A stretch of DNA of 57,245 nt, counting the filler, from Sluysia triapertura (taxonomy: Eukaryota): assembly GCA_046118255.1 (NCBI GenBank). It is 4 parts of 4 records of this genome, joined end to end, with 100 filler letters (N's around TTAATTAATTAA, not from the genome) between each part and the next. Parts side by side here need not be neighbours in the genome. Positions count along the whole stretch, not along the records: positions 1 to 13,204 come from JBJNIA010053220.1; positions 13,305 to 28,403 come from JBJNIA010239550.1; 2 more parts are not named here. The stretch is one strand, 5' to 3'. Positions 1 to 14,670 of this stretch are shown here, in pieces. The first letter of the stretch is position 1; every line of letters starts with the position of its first letter. The translations under genes were made by a program, and so were the position numbers. Below the pieces are notes generated by a model, which worked only from the letters and a program-made list of their open reading frames with translations, was not told where the DNA came from and searched no databases.

Positions 1-1308
1 CTATATTTGATAAATTAAATTTGACAAGAATAGATAAAATTATAAAGTTCTATATTTTGAAAACTGAATTCATATTGCAACCATATGTAATTTCTTTTTA
101 TATTTTATATATTAGTTATTATTATTATTACTTTACGGAAAATTACGGAAAATATTGGGTTGTGAATAAGAGGCTATTGTTTTTGTATCAAAAACAAAAG
201 CTTAATTATTTAGAAACTTTAAAATTAATTACTTTCCATTCTTTATTTAATCAAAATTTTTCAAATTTTTTAAATGTACAAGCCAATAAATCAATATTAT
301 GTTTGTAATATTCTGTTCGAAAGAAGTTAGAATAATTTCAAATAATTAAATATTAATCAACCAGCATTGAATCAATTTTGTCAAACTTATTTAATAGACC
401 AACGTTGATATTTTGACTACTGAAGTCATTGTTTTCTTGTAATATTTTTTTGGAATATGAATTATCGAAATAAATTATAATTGTAATAAAGTTTTTATGC
501 CGTAAATGTATATGTTAATGTAAAATTCTCTTTGCTTCTTCTAAGTCTTTACAAATTTATGCGTTATCTCTTTATTTTTATTTTATCAAACATTTATCAA
601 ATTTACATATATCTGGATACTGTTTTATACTTTAAAAAATTCTTGTTCTTTATTATTAATTCAAATCTTTTTATGGAATTTATAATTATTCTGAACTTCT
701 CAATTAATGTTATCACTTTATATTAAACTTAACTGGAGGTATGAATTGATATACTCGTCCTTGTTGTTCAGGATAGAAGTAATTATCTAATTAAACTTTT
801 GGTACTAAATGCCAATGACAAATTTGTATAATTATGATTTTTATAATTATTATTCCCAACCCTAAGTCTATCAATAAGCAATAACAATAAAAACAATGAA
901 TTATATTTTAATTTAAATTTATATTTTATAAAAATTTAAAAAATAGTGGTAACTATATATAATAGACAAACCTGATGTACAAATAAAAACATATGATGTT
1001 CTGGATATAATATATTTTCGCTGGATATATCTTCTCATCTTTATAATATTCTAATTTTTCTTCACTTTCGATTTGCAGCTTTCCAAGTTTTCCATTTTTC
1101 AGATTGCAGATTATAGATTGTCCACTTGTTACACCGTATTTATAGTCAACAGTTAATTAATTCCATATATCGTAACAGTCAAAGTAAATCAAAAATAGTT
1201 AATATAAGTCAAAAATTAATTCTGTCAATATAGACTAAAATTTACACAATTAACTATACAAATTGTAGCCAATATTTAATTTTATAATCAATAATTTTTA
1301 AGAACAAA

Positions 1309-1310
<2 letters not shown>

Positions 1311-1359
<49 letters not shown>
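1311..1359. repeat. (ATT)n microsatellite
   Basis: perfect ATT run. Confidence 0.95.
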
Positions 1360-1360
<1 letters not shown>

Positions 1361-2452
1361 TAATTTTACATATAAATCTTTACTTTAAGTTAATTTTGAT
1401 CGAGTTTTATACTATTAAATTTTGATTTCAGATGGATTCTCATTTTGAGATAATTTTTTGACTATAATAATAAGATTTAATATATATAAATTCTAATTTC
1501 ATATTAACTTTATAGAATCTAATTTTAAAATAATTATTTCTACATTTTCACTTTGAATTTAATTGTTGTTTGTTATTAAATTTTGAATATATATTGATTA
1601 TATGTAATCTCATTTTAAATTGATATTAAGTCATTATAATAATTTTAAAAATTAAATTATTTTATAATAATTTTAAAATGGATTGTTTTATTAAATGAGT
1701 ATTATGTTTCTATACATTTTACATAATCAATTTTCGTAAACAAATATTGTTTAAAATCAAACATTAAGAAACAAATCTTTTGATTTTACTTTTTTGGCTA
1801 AATTTCGTCATAATGTAAGAACTAATCATTAAAAAGTATATTTTCATATAATATGATACAGAAAATAAAATTTTGATTATAATCTGAGATTATGAAATAA
1901 AATACAACATTAAATATGTCCCACACACTTCGTTATTTTGTAAACAATTAATAAATAATCGATATATCAATTTAGTAAATGAATAATGAGAAAAATCAAT
2001 AATTCAACAAATTTTACTAATAGGTTCCACCTTTATTTTTATAGATAAATCGTTTATAAATCGGATTTTAGAATTAAAAAAATAAATTAACGATATATTT
2101 AATTTTTTTGTACAAATATTAAAATAAATGATAATGCAAATTTTTTTTAGATTCTGATGAATTCTAGATTATCGATCATTCATGTTACATTTTGTTGTAT
2201 TTTGTATGTAACATTAATTCGTTACTTCAGTTATTTTCATAGTTGTATTTTGTATTTTTATATAATAATTTTAGATTTATGCTTTCTACACATTCTTTTT
2301 AAAATGAAGTTCATTTGCTATTGTCAAAAGATTATCAGAATTGAAACTTATTTTATTTTTAAAAAAATGAAGTTCATTATTTAATGGATGCTCAGAAGGC
2401 ATAATATATTGTTTATTTCTGGTATTTGAAATTATAAATGTGAAGATAATAA

Positions 2453-2489
<37 letters not shown>

Positions 2490-2566
2490 AAAAATTTAAT
2501 AAATCCTTGTTTTGTTTATAAATTAAAAATGTGGTCTATTGATAAGATTTTAATTGTTTATTCTAG

Positions 2567-2670
2567 GTTGAACATATACAAGCTTTACAAGCATTTATTG
2601 ACGCCCAAGTTGATTATCATGAAGAAGCCAAAAAATTACTAGTAGAATTAAGTGAAGGTCTTAAAACTAA
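2567..2670 (+). CDS. EndoA: Endophilin-A, internal exon (C-terminal helix of N-BAR domain); upstream exons not identified in the window
   Basis: ttctAG acceptor; reads VEHIQALQAFIDAQVDYHEEAKKLLVELSEGLKT, resembling the end of the endophilin-A BAR domain; GT donor at 2671; phase 2 fits the next exon. Confidence 0.85.
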
Positions 2671-5600
2671 GTTCGATTTATATTTTGTATTTAAATTATT
2701 TTTATTTATTATTTTACTAATGGTTTATTATTACTTTTAAAACTAACATTTTAATTAAACTCTAACGTAAATAAATTTGAAATATAACTTCCTTGAAAAG
2801 ACTATTTCTGCTTTGGTGTCAGCAATTATGTTTTTAAAACGAAGGTGATCAAATCTTACAAACAAAAAGAGGATAAGTATTTTATCAGCAGAACAAAAAT
2901 GCAAGCTACGGTCATTTTATTGATAAAAGTTATCAAAATAATTTTTAGCACACGAAATGACAAATACTTTAATTATTCAATTTTAATTGGTCTTTTCATA
3001 CAACTCTATCAAATTACATTGTCGACATACACAGGGCCGCGATTCTATATTGAGAGATTTTATTTAACATTTGAATTTTGATACGAAACAGAATCTCATT
3101 ATCTTGAGTAAGTTTAGTGTTCATTTTTAATACAAAAGAATATAGACTACCTAAATCGCAATCTAAACAGTCGTGCACTACCACTGTTGAGATGCATGTT
3201 CTAAGATGATTAATTATTATCTAAATGATTAAAACTTTAGAACAAATTTAGAAATAAAATATTAACACTTAGTTTACATGAGTCTGCTCTTTTCTTTACC
3301 AATTTCTTATCAAAAGAACAATAGATGAAAAATAAATAACTTTATTTCGGGTAAAATTTGCATTATCTACCCGATTCTTCTCTGGTTTTCAATAATAAAT
3401 ATCAAATTCATCAACAGGTTATCTCTTTCAAATAGCGTACCTTAAACAAAACAAAATCCTTAGAGAAACAAAAGGTATAAATACGAAATTTTATCATTAA
3501 AACAACATGGATATAAAATGTTTATTTTTCGATATAATTTCCATTTACACTAAGACACGTTCTTCAGCAGCTAATTTTGAAGAAATCCGATCCTTTTACA
3601 CTTTTCTTCAACTTGTCCTTACACTCAAAATCAAGAAGTATTAAGATTGAATAATGCTATGAAATTAAACAATGCAGCTAAAAACCGCGTGATTAGTTAG
3701 ACAAAATTTTGTTTTAATTGGAATTATGTGATAAAAAAATAATTTTTTTAATATATAGGTTCAATTAGGTCATCTAATAATATTATAATTACATTGCTAT
3801 TCCTATTTAATGTATTATTATTTAATGTTTCGATCATATTGCCGATACTAATTGAGTTTCCAGCATTATTCGCCGTTATTGATAATATTATCAGTCATCG
3901 GCAAAAATAATAATTAATTATGTTGATTTTTATAATACAAAAAATAACCGAATCATAAATTTATCATAGATTCGACTTCGAATCTATAAAGATTTATTTT
4001 GTGCGCCGAAAAAAAGTAATATTTCATGACTTAATTTTTTAGAACTCGATAGTGGAGTAAATTCTGCTATATATTTCTAGTGTAACTCATCGCAACCATC
4101 TGACTTAAAAAATATAAAATATTTTCTAAAAAAGAAAAACCAATTTCGAAAATAGAAAAGGTTATTCTAGAAAATTTTACAATATTTACTTCATTTTGAT
4201 TAGTTACTGATTAGTCCAAGTATTCGTTTCAGTTATCAGTGTCTTCACACAATTTAATTTTACTAATTTAGTTTGCTGATCATGGAATATTTCTTCGTAG
4301 TCTATTTAAAATTTAAATTTAAAATATAATAAATTTGTATTTTTAAAGATGATTTCTTATAAACAAATCTCATAATACACTCAAACTTTATATTTTAATA
4401 TTTTGTTGCCCGATTTAATATCATGAATAAAGATTCGAAACTTTCAATCATTATTGTTATTTCTCTTTGGTATAAACACTTATTACACTAAACTTTTTGT
4501 GTTTGTCTACAATATATTCTCTTTTTAATGCTTTATTGAGCTTGTTTAAAATATTAATTTCTTTTATTAGTCATATTTTTGATTTAAGAGTAATGTTTTT
4601 TACTTAAAACAGACTAAGGAAGTTTTTTCGAATGTCAGTTATTTACATTGTGGAAAATTTTTCTCAATGCAACTTCGAATTTTTGAACTTTCTAGATCTT
4701 ATTTGTTTTTTTTTTGGATAAAATTTTGTAACAATATGAGTTTTTACTTGGTTGTGGGTAGGTAATTCCCTCTTAAATTTCAAAATTAAAAAGATCCGCT
4801 AAATTGAGTAGTTTACTGAAAATCATGTTAATATAGAAACGAATGTAAGAATTTCAAGAAATTTCTGTCATTCTTACCTATCGAATATTGAGGTTGAATG
4901 AAACTGCAGTCCTATTACTAAGCGGCTAAAATTTAAAATTAATTATAACACATTTTATGTACATTCCAAATGACATAACTTAAAAATTCTGAGTCACGGT
5001 GTCAATATCGGTACAAATTCTACGGCATAATCTATGGTAATACTCTAATACTAAACATAGAACTTCAAATGATTAAAGGCGTAAAAAATCCGCAATGATT
5101 CATAATAAGATTTCTCAATAATTGTTATCAGGTGGCACACAAGTTACTACTTTTATTCTACACACTGTATATTCCAGTTTTTCTCTTGGTTTTCGGATCT
5201 TATTCGACAAATTTCTATGCAAATCTTTAATTTTTGTCAAGTTTTATCTCAAAATTTAAATCGTTTTTTACAACAAAATTTGAAGTGATTTCAATTGATT
5301 TCACATTTATGCGTAGAAGAAATATGGATAGGTGGAACAAAACATAAAAGAGAATATGCAATTACTTATAACTCATGTTAATACATAATTCATAAAAGTG
5401 TGTGTTCATAAATAATAATTTTTCTTAGACTTCTTAATGTAGAATATTTCCTCAAAAGAAACTGTCTTGATTGATTTATGAAATTCGTTATTTATAGTTC
5501 CACAAATTTTGTCTACATTTATATAATTCTTGATTACGTAGAGCAAATTCTAATTTTTCATAATAAATGGGCAATCTTTTTCCACTATATTGTCATTATA

Positions 5601-6699
5601 TGGTTATCACACCTTATTTGTGTATCGCATCTTTTAGCTTATTTAGTCCGATTGTTACCAAATATAAATTATTTTTTACTTGACAATTTAGATCAATCGG
5701 CAATAGGTATAAATTTAACAAAAACAGGACTTCATTGTAAACAGGACTTCTTTCGTAGTTTATTTCAGTGAGTTCTTTTCTTTTCGCTATTATACATACC
5801 AAAACATTTTTTTGTGTAAAATATGAAATCACAAGACTTTTTTAAACTGTCTTTAAGTGAAACTAAAATTTAACTAAACTCTTCTAGTTTATTATAACAA
5901 TATCTAAGACTGTATAATCTAATAAAATTAAAAATATTAAAGTTTTATTAGGAATAAATCGGTAATTCAAACAAACTGAATAAAAAAAACCTGTGACAAT
6001 AATATAAAATAATCAGAAAAAACAATTTATATTTTAAAATAATGACATTATGTAATATTATAGTTTTATCTGCATTTTTTTAAATATTGTCCCTGCTACA
6101 AACTTTTTGTCGTTAGTGTATCTGAAAAAAACAACGTAAACGAGAAAAATGTTTTATTTTTTTATATAAATGTAAGATGATTAACTTTGTCTAAAGAAGT
6201 ATGTCTTAAAGATACATTAAAATTTTAACATTGATTAAATATTAGAAAACTTTCGTTGGTTTTTCTCTAAATTTTGTGAATTTTTTTCACATTTTACTTT
6301 TATATAAATTCTTTTTATTTGTTATAATTTGATACGTATATTTATCTGAAAAAAATTTTAAACATTTGGAGCTCAATATTCCACATAAAAACAAATTTCA
6401 CTATCATTGTTTGGTCATATTCGAAAAATTTATTGAATAAATTTATCATTGTCTTTTGCTATTTATAAGTTATAAAAGTGGTGAAAAATCATTCTAAAAA
6501 CAATAATTTTTCTGTTTGCACACGACTAAAGACACTAAGTTGAGTATTTCAGATATTAATATTATTTAAATATTATGTTAAAGTCATTCAGATATCTTAT
6601 TCTGTTCTGACATTTACAAAATTACAAAGTTCTGACATTTAGTGTCATTTAATATTTTATTGCTATAAATAAAATTAAAAATAAAATGAATTAGTGTAA

Positions 6700-6844
6700 T
6701 GTTGGGGTAGAGATCTAAAGTGCCATTCAGGATAATGAGAGTGTAATTGACTACAATAAAGTAAAATAATTAGACACGGCTGTACAGATTTGAGGTAAGA
6801 GGGCTTAGGTTCGAATCCAGGTCAGTCCATTTAATGAGGTGACA
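6700..6844 (+). mobile_element. Degenerate copy of the short TGTTGGGG...ACA element with tRNA-like 3' half (in EndoA intron)
   Basis: shares the tgttggggta..ctaa.gtgcc..aattgacta.aataaa leader and ggttcga.tcc.ggtcagtccat (B box and acceptor strand) with 30532-30690. Confidence 0.7.
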
Positions 6845-7048
6845 ATAATTAGTTAAATGAAAGAACTTCTGATTGTATTTCGACCATCTTAAGTGATTTT
6901 TGGAAAACAAAAGTGCTCTACAGTTTTCATTTCGCGATTGATACAAATGTGTGGACTAATAAATTTTCATGTATTGCTTTTTTAAATTTACCATACGCAT
7001 TTTTGATTAATATTTGTAAAAATATTAGATTTTGAATTTTATTTGTAG

Positions 7049-7218
7049 ACGCGATAAAGCTAGTTTGAAACCGAAGCCTCAACCAATGCCCAAACGGTCT
7101 ACGAGTAGTAGAAGTTTGTACGATGAAGCTACTAATGCAAATTCTACTAACAGTGCTGCTTCTTCATTGTTCAAATCCAATACAGGTCAATTTCCAACTA
7201 CAAACGGGTCTTTAAGAG
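7049..7218 (+). CDS. EndoA: Endophilin-A, linker exon between BAR and SH3
   Basis: tttgtAG acceptor; (K)RDKASLKPKPQPMPKRSTSSRSLYDE...NGSLR; GT donor at 7219; phases join the flanking exons in frame. Confidence 0.8.
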
Positions 7219-8419
7219 GTAGTCCTATAAAAACTAATATACTAGTGACGCTCTTAATTAAGTTTTAACAATGTAAATTAATATGATGAACTTTTTCAAT
7301 ATTCTTTGTTTTGGTAGGTTATCATTACAATCCACAAAAATCATACAAAAAACTTATTTTCTAAAAAAGAAATTTTATTTGCCAAACAGAAACTTATTTT
7401 TTTATAAAGAAATATGGAATGTTCTATAACATACTAGAATTCTATCCGTTTTTGATTGGTTGCAGCTAAATCACAAAGACACAATTTAGTAAACAGCCAT
7501 TGTATTTGAAAAAAATTTTTTTGATACGAGTCAGCTATCTTGTTTATAACCATTATTTGAACAATTCGGAAAAAATTATTATTTGTTATCCAGTTCATAA
7601 TGTGTTCCTTCGAAAAATATATTATTTGTTAATCTATTCTGAAGAAGTTATTTTGGAAAAATTCTCTGTTTTATGCAATCCATGTTTTTATAAGTTTCTT
7701 ATTGATGAGGATGTTTCAACTTTCGAAATTTAAAGTGTAAAATCTACGCAAATTATTGAATATATAATTGTTGTTCCCGATTTATTGAGGAGTAAATTTT
7801 AATATTACATAGCAATTACATGAAATTAAATTATTTTAATTCTAAAATAACATTTTGCTTTTAATTTATTTTTCAAGACCCTCTACGAGGTATACGGATA
7901 GATATCTAAATATTTTTAAAGTGTTTGCGTGCTCAATTTTATTTTGTCGTAAGTTAAGAGTTAAGGAAACCTCAGCAGTTTTGTGTATTTCAGTTTATCT
8001 TTAAAGAGTTTTGATTGGACTTTTAATGTTTTTTAATCTTTTATGATCTTTTATTTATTCTACATTACTGATACCAGAAATTTTTACAAAGCTAACAAAT
8101 TACAAAAACTAAGTTTTATAATAATCTATTTTTATACAAAAATTATCTCAACCAATCGAAATTTTAATAATAATTTTTTCTTTAAAAAGTATGAATTATC
8201 TTTTTGGTTTTGTATAACTAAAAGTTCTTTTTAATTCTTGATATTATGTTCACAAATTATACTAAACTAAAGATATATTAAAATGTATAAATATCAAATA
8301 AAATAGATATGTATATTTATATATATAATTCTAAAATCGACGTGAATGTTTAAATAATCCCAACTAAATTATCTTTCAAATATAATCAAAATATACATTA
8401 ATCATTTATAATATTTTAG

Positions 8420-8601
8420 AACCTAGTGCTCGCGGTATCTATGATTTTGATGCTGAAAATGACACAGAGTTGGCTTTCAAAGAAGGTGATATATTGAAAT
8501 TGATTCAGCAAGTAGATGAAAATTGGTATGAAGGTGAATTGAACGGCCGACAAGGATACTTTCCTGTTAACTATGTCGAAGTGATTGTTCCCTTATCATA
8601 G
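8420..8601 (+). CDS. EndoA: Endophilin-A, terminal exon (SH3 domain)
   Basis: ttttAG acceptor; EPSARGIYDFDAENDTELAFKEGDILKLIQQVDENWYEGELNGRQGYFPVNYVEVIVPLS-TAG, a typical endophilin-A C-terminal SH3; missed by the ORF track. Confidence 0.93.
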
Positions 8602-11600
8602 ATTTAAATTAATTATATATTGATTGTTAAGCTAATTTCCTATTTTTTCCAACACAAGCATTTCTATGTTTCATGTGTATTTTATTATACAACAAAAACT
8701 CATAATTATAATACTTATTGCTGTTGTTTGTTGTCTGTTAAATTTAGATTATAAAATAATGAAAGTGTGTGTGTGTGCGTGTGTGTTATTGATTTAGTTG
8801 TAGAAAGAAACATTTAAAATAAATTAAACCGGTTTTTACATTCCAAATAAAAAACATTTTCATAAATTTTTATATTTTTATTTACTTATGTAACCTTAAT
8901 TGAAAAATGTTTTTTATTTTCAATTAGTTTTAGAAAAATAAAGTAATGTAAAATAATGGTTGTATTTACAAAATTAGGAATCGATTTTCTCTTTTTGTAA
9001 ATTTCATTAAAAGTATTTTAGAAAATTAATTTTTTTAATAAATGATACGTGTTTCTTGGTAAATATTTAGATAAATTGTGCTTTTCGGAAATTGTATTTG
9101 GCAAGAGATTCTTTATTATCAATCACATTTGTAATGTATCGCGAAGATGCATTCAAAAATAAATTTAAATTAGACATGCTTACTGTTAAATTTAACATGT
9201 ATGGACATAATGGCGGAAATTTAAATAGATCGAAAAATTTTTTATTCATGGAACCAAATACATAAGAAAAATCAATATTTTAAAATAAGTTCGTAAACAA
9301 TATTATCGTTTTTATACTCACATATCACTTTTAATTATGTTATGTATTTAATAATTATAATAATAATAATTTCTTGAAATATTCATTAAAACAAAAATTC
9401 GGAATAAATTATTTTATAAATTCATAAAATAAATTAACTTTTCAACATTTTTTCAAGTATGAGAAGTACTATAATGAGAAATATTTATAATTAATAATGG
9501 AAAAGAAATATTTTTTAATACAGTTTATAGTTTTATTTAAATTTTATTGTATTAATTAATTAATATAATTTTACACTATCTTAGAGAAACTAATATAATT
9601 GTTTGGCATTCATTTTTACTAAACACTTAAATAAAGAAGGGAATCTCAAAAAGAATGTCTGTCAAGAAAATATCTGTCAAGAAACGCGTTTATGTTTTTC
9701 AACTTTATTTTAAGACGATCCACTAAATTTGTTGAAGATTTATTTATTGTATATTTCAATAGAACTAAAAATTTTATTTATTGTGATTTTTGAAATTGTT
9801 ATTGATAAATTCATCTTCAACATACAAAAAAATCAGCTTTACATAAATGAATGGTCTTATTCCAAAAATTATGGCCATTCGAAGGTTGAGAAAATATTAC
9901 GACAATGTTTACATGTTTATTTTTTCTTCATTTAATTTAGAAAAAAGAAAAGTGAACTATCATTTGGTGTACCGTAAAAACTGGACGGCATGTTAATTAA
10001 AATATAAATCACTTTATTAAATTGTCATTTTTTGATAATATATTTATGTTTCATATAACTTTTTATTTTGTTTGAATTCAAATTGTATGATAAAATGTTG
10101 GTGATATTTGTGTGTTTGTGTGATTGATGATCATTCTTTTATATTTTTTTTAAAAATTCATTAATGTCTAAAATAAATGGTATATTATTGGTATAAAATT
10201 GAGAATTATATCAGTAAAATTAATAAAATATATACTTTTGTAATTGAAAATTAATTTTAATTAAATTAATGATGAATAATTTTGTATGGATCGAAACAAT
10301 AAATTGTGTGTTCTTATAGAGTAATCTTTCGAAGCCAAATGATCTAATAATAGTCCAAAAAAGGTTTTTAATTTTATTAGTAATAATGTAACATATTTTT
10401 GTTTATACAGATTTTTTTTCTTATGTTACGTATTATATATACGTTATCCTTCATTTTTAATTTATAATTGTTATAAAGGAACAAGATAGCACAAATGAAT
10501 ATAAGAAATAATTAATTGACTCGGTAACCATGCACAACGAAGCATTGCGTTTTGTAATTTATAAAAGTTTCATTTTTAGTTTCACTGAAATTATCAAAAG
10601 ACTTTATTTTTTGTTTCAGAAATTAGTCCACCCTCTGAAACGATTGACTGTGTTTATTGTTATAAAGTAATGTATAACCGTAGCAAAAATTAATTGATTT
10701 TTAAATTCGATCTCACAGTTTCATGGAAATCTTAAATTAGACCATGTAAACTAAAGCTTAACATATATGTCGTATAATAAAATTCAACATTTTATTATAA
10801 ATTTTATTCATTGGTTTTGTAACGACTTTACATTTAGTGATTTTTCTTTGCATAATAAAAATGTTATTTTCTATTAATTATATTAAAATATGCCATTTAT
10901 GAAGCACTACTGAATCATTACAGAACCATTTTAACCAATACTGTGATACTATAGACTGGCATTATTATTATCATTATTATTATTATAAAACCTAATTTTT
11001 AGATATACTTATTTAAGTGTTAATTTTCTTCGGTATAAATGTTATTTTTAGTTGTGTTTTTTATAGAAAGTAGTTTAAGATAGAGTCGGATTTTCCTTAT
11101 TAATATTATTATTATTATTATCATTATCATTAAATATATATTTAATTGAATGTTTATTTTTGTTTAATTTTTAATAAGATACTGAAAGAGGGATACTGGA
11201 TCATAGTGAATGATGTGAAATCTAATATTATGTTATAAAAGTTTTATTAACTGTAACAAAAATAAAAGGTTACATAAGGCTGGTGCATTCTAACATTTTG
11301 AAATGTTTCTATTTTAATAGAGAAATAGTATTATTTGAGTTTCGTTTATTTTTAAATAAAACCCTGAGTTTGAATTCTTGTTTATGCAGTGTGGATTTGT
11401 ATGTCACTGAATAATAATGTGCCATTAATTTAAATAGTACAATAAGAAACTATGACTAATTTCAAAGTTTATTGAAAGAATTATTATTGTGCAATATTGG
11501 ACTTATTAAAATTAAAATCCTAATAAAATAATTATGATGAATGTGCCAACGGATTACGTGGATTGCGCGGAAAAATCGTATTAATTAAATCCCATATTTA

Positions 11601-13130
11601 TTGCACTAATACATCTAAGTGTATATTAATTCAATTTACTCATTGTTGGGGTTGTTAAAGAATGAGACATACATAAGAATGTCGTAGCTAGTGAGGTGAA
11701 ATGAATTTTTACAAAAAAATAATTTAATTATTTATTTACAAAATTATTATTTATCAAGTAATTAAATCATTTTTGCTCAATAACCTTGTGTTTTGTATTT
11801 GCGATGAAACACAATTGTGGAAATTTTTCTTAAAGCCTATAGAATAAAGTAAAACTTTTACGTGAGTTCACCAACGTACTAGGCTTATCAATTAGGGCCA
11901 GCCGTTGAATTTTGTTTGCAATTGAAAATTTATCTCAATGCTTGCCTAAAAGCTTGTTAGTCAAATTAGGTTGAGTTCTAGAGGTATTTTAATAGCAATA
12001 ATATATTTATAAAATCCTATGAAAATGATTTTAAAACAAATGATTTTGCGTTTTCAGAATTATACTCTGAATAAAACTTTATTATACGGATGATTTTACA
12101 AATTTAAAAACTATAGAAATTAATATCTGTTCAATGATGAAAACTTATTTAGGTAATTTATATTTACAAAATGAAATATAAGCAAAAACAGTTATACAAC
12201 AATAGAATTATAAATTTTACAATAATTGACTATTAGTTAATTCTTAGAATAAAGTGATTTTAAAAATAGATTTTTCGAGGAAACTATTAAAAGTTTCTAA
12301 AAGTTTTAACAAATGATATTTTACCAGTATTTTATGGGGATACTTAAAATCTTAATAAATAAACTAACATAACAATTATTTTACGAAAGAGCCAAGATCA
12401 ATTTAATAGGTCTGTAATTCTTTTTACTCATCCAGAGTTATTCAAAAAATGATACACAAAAGGGATCGTACTGAATCAATTGTGGAAAAATTTTAAGAAT
12501 AATTTATCAGCAATATTGCGTTAGAAAATTGTTTGTGTTTGCTTGGTTGTGCTTAACTTGTGTTAAGATAATGTATTTTTGCAGAGCTTTTATATGTTTT
12601 AAATTGGCCTTGTTCAAATTTGATTTATAAAAACAATTTAATATTAAAAATATTAAAATATTTAAATACCTAAACTATTTAAACACTTAATTAAAATATT
12701 TACATACTCAAAGATATTAAAATGTTTAAATATTTAATAATATTTACATTTATTGTTTTTAATAATCCAATAATAATATTGTATAATAATATTGTTTTTA
12801 ATAATCCAAAATGATAATCAATTAATAATATAGGTTAAATGATTATAAAATAAAATAATGAAGTCAATAATTAAATAATCAATAATTAATCACAATTCAT
12901 GTTTATTTTTTGATGTGTCAATAATTAAAGTTCAACAATTACACAATGATGAAATTTATTGGTGTTAAAAACATCGACATAATGCGAAACATATGGACAG
13001 CATGTTAAAATTATTAAAACTTAAGATAACGTAAAATTATTAGTTTTAATTAATTTTCTTCATTATAAAGTTAAATTTTTACCTATTATTATTATCATGG
13101 GTATCAAAGTCGATATCAATTTAATGATCA

Positions 13131-13204
13131 TTAACCCTTTGAGTGCCAACATGATTTTTAGAGAATTATCTAAAAGTGCCAGGATGCTACACAAAAATGA
13201 AAAT
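13131..13204 (+). mobile_element. piggyBac-like element terminus running into a gap
   Basis: TTAA followed by CCCTTTgagtgcc; only one end is visible. Confidence 0.4.
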
Positions 13205-13304
13205 NNNNNNNNNNNNNNNNNNNNNNNNNNNNNNNNNNNNNNNNNNNNTTAATTAATTAANNNNNNNNNNNNNNNNNNNNNNNNNNNNNNNNNNNNNNNN
13301 NNNN
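13205..13304. other. Artificial assembly linker (N44-TTAATTAATTAA-N44)
   Basis: identical 100-bp structure at three places; the core gives stops in all six frames. Confidence 0.97.
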
Positions 13305-13381
13305 TTTAATAACGCTCTACTTATCATATTATTCCAAGTTTTGACCCTTATATCAACCCTTATCCTTCACTAATCCCAACA
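13305..13381 (-). repeat. Terminus of a dispersed TGTTGGGATTAGTGAAGG repeat (LTR-like), cut by the gap
   Basis: reverse complement of 28329-28403; diverged third copy at about 43340-43417; identity stops at the TG/CA end. Confidence 0.8.
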
Positions 13382-14198
13382 GTACGATGAAATATATTAT
13401 GAATGATGAATTTTGTAAATTGAAGAGATTTTTAAACAATGTCTTTAATTAATATTAATTATATTTAATGTAGATGTCCGTCTGATAAAATAGGTTCTAG
13501 AATAGCATAAGTGAACGTTATTCAGTGATTGTGTAGAGTAGATGATTAACATTTTGTTAGTAATGGAGTGGTAAACAAATAAATTTCTGTTAGTTGTCAA
13601 TAGTTTATTGGTTATAATAATTAAAATTAAAATGTAAATTTGGAAAATTGCCCTTTACGTGTTTAAAACGTTCAGTAAAGGAAAATAAATCTCGAGTTAT
13701 GAAATTCATATGAGTCGGTCTGAATGCAAGGTCGACTTAATGTCATATGATACAGATTATCTAAATGATAATGATGATTAAAAATAGGATTTTTCCGTTT
13801 TAGGAACATATCTTGCAATGATTTTTATCAGAAAATTAATCCTTTTATTAATAAAAAATCAAATTGAAATATTTCTTATATATATGTGTGTATCTGTGTT
13901 TATATTATATTTCAGATCTTTTACATCACTTTTTCTTATATTTTAAATTCTTTTGACTTTTTATCTACTTTCTTACACTAACTGGACAATCCCAACACAA
14001 AAACAACTTAGTTATTTTATATTGGTGCATTATTTTATATCTCTAATTGATGCATTAATATTTCCTGATGTATGCGAAAGTTTTTCGTTACAAACGTGAG
14101 TTTTATACGAATTTTTTATGAAATTATCTTGTTCTTTATCACGTAATGTACATATCAAAGTTTTATTTATATTTTTTTTATGTTTTATTTTTCATTAA

Positions 14199-14670
14199 TT
14201 GATGTTACGGTCCTTAAGAACAATAGACATATTAAACATGCATCAACAACCTCTCTACGCAATGAATGATTCTTCTTCCAACAGCCAGAAATTCAATACA
14301 ACAACAACCAATAATGAAACACAGAATCTTCTCTTGCAAGTCCAAAATCTTACGAAACAGGTCGCTGACCTTACAAAAATTCTATGTTCAGAATCAAGAG
14401 AGAACTCACCAACAAGAAGAGAAAGTTCTCCCACATTTTCAACGAATTCTTCTAACTCAAATAAATCTGTAAAAAATTTGCTACTATCACAAAATATTCC
14501 AACAACAGGCTAAATCCTGCCTACTAGAATGTAGATTTCCAAATAAATCTACAAGCCTAACAGTTAAAAACTTGTGCGTGTACCACGCACATTTTCAGAA
14601 AAGTTCCAAAAGATGCATGGACGGTTGCACCTACTTTAAACAAAATCTAAAACCTCCTTCAAAAACCTGA
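14199..14670 (+). pseudogene. gag: Gypsy gag, C-terminal part (5'-truncated, frameshifted), with two Cx2Hx9Cx3C knuckles
   Basis: coiled segment LQVQNLTKQVADL and RS-rich tract, then in a shifted frame CYYHKIFQQQAKSCLLEC (14479-14532) and CVYHAHFQKSSKRCMDGC (14575-14628); aaaaac just before the TGA is a candidate -1 frameshift site. Confidence 0.85.

Noticed and set aside
21-2384. Short F/I/L/Y/N-rich ORFs here and elsewhere (e.g. 5478-5771, 9729-9935, 54410-55021)
   Set aside because: Expected by chance in very AT-rich intronic or intergenic DNA; no motifs or splice support.
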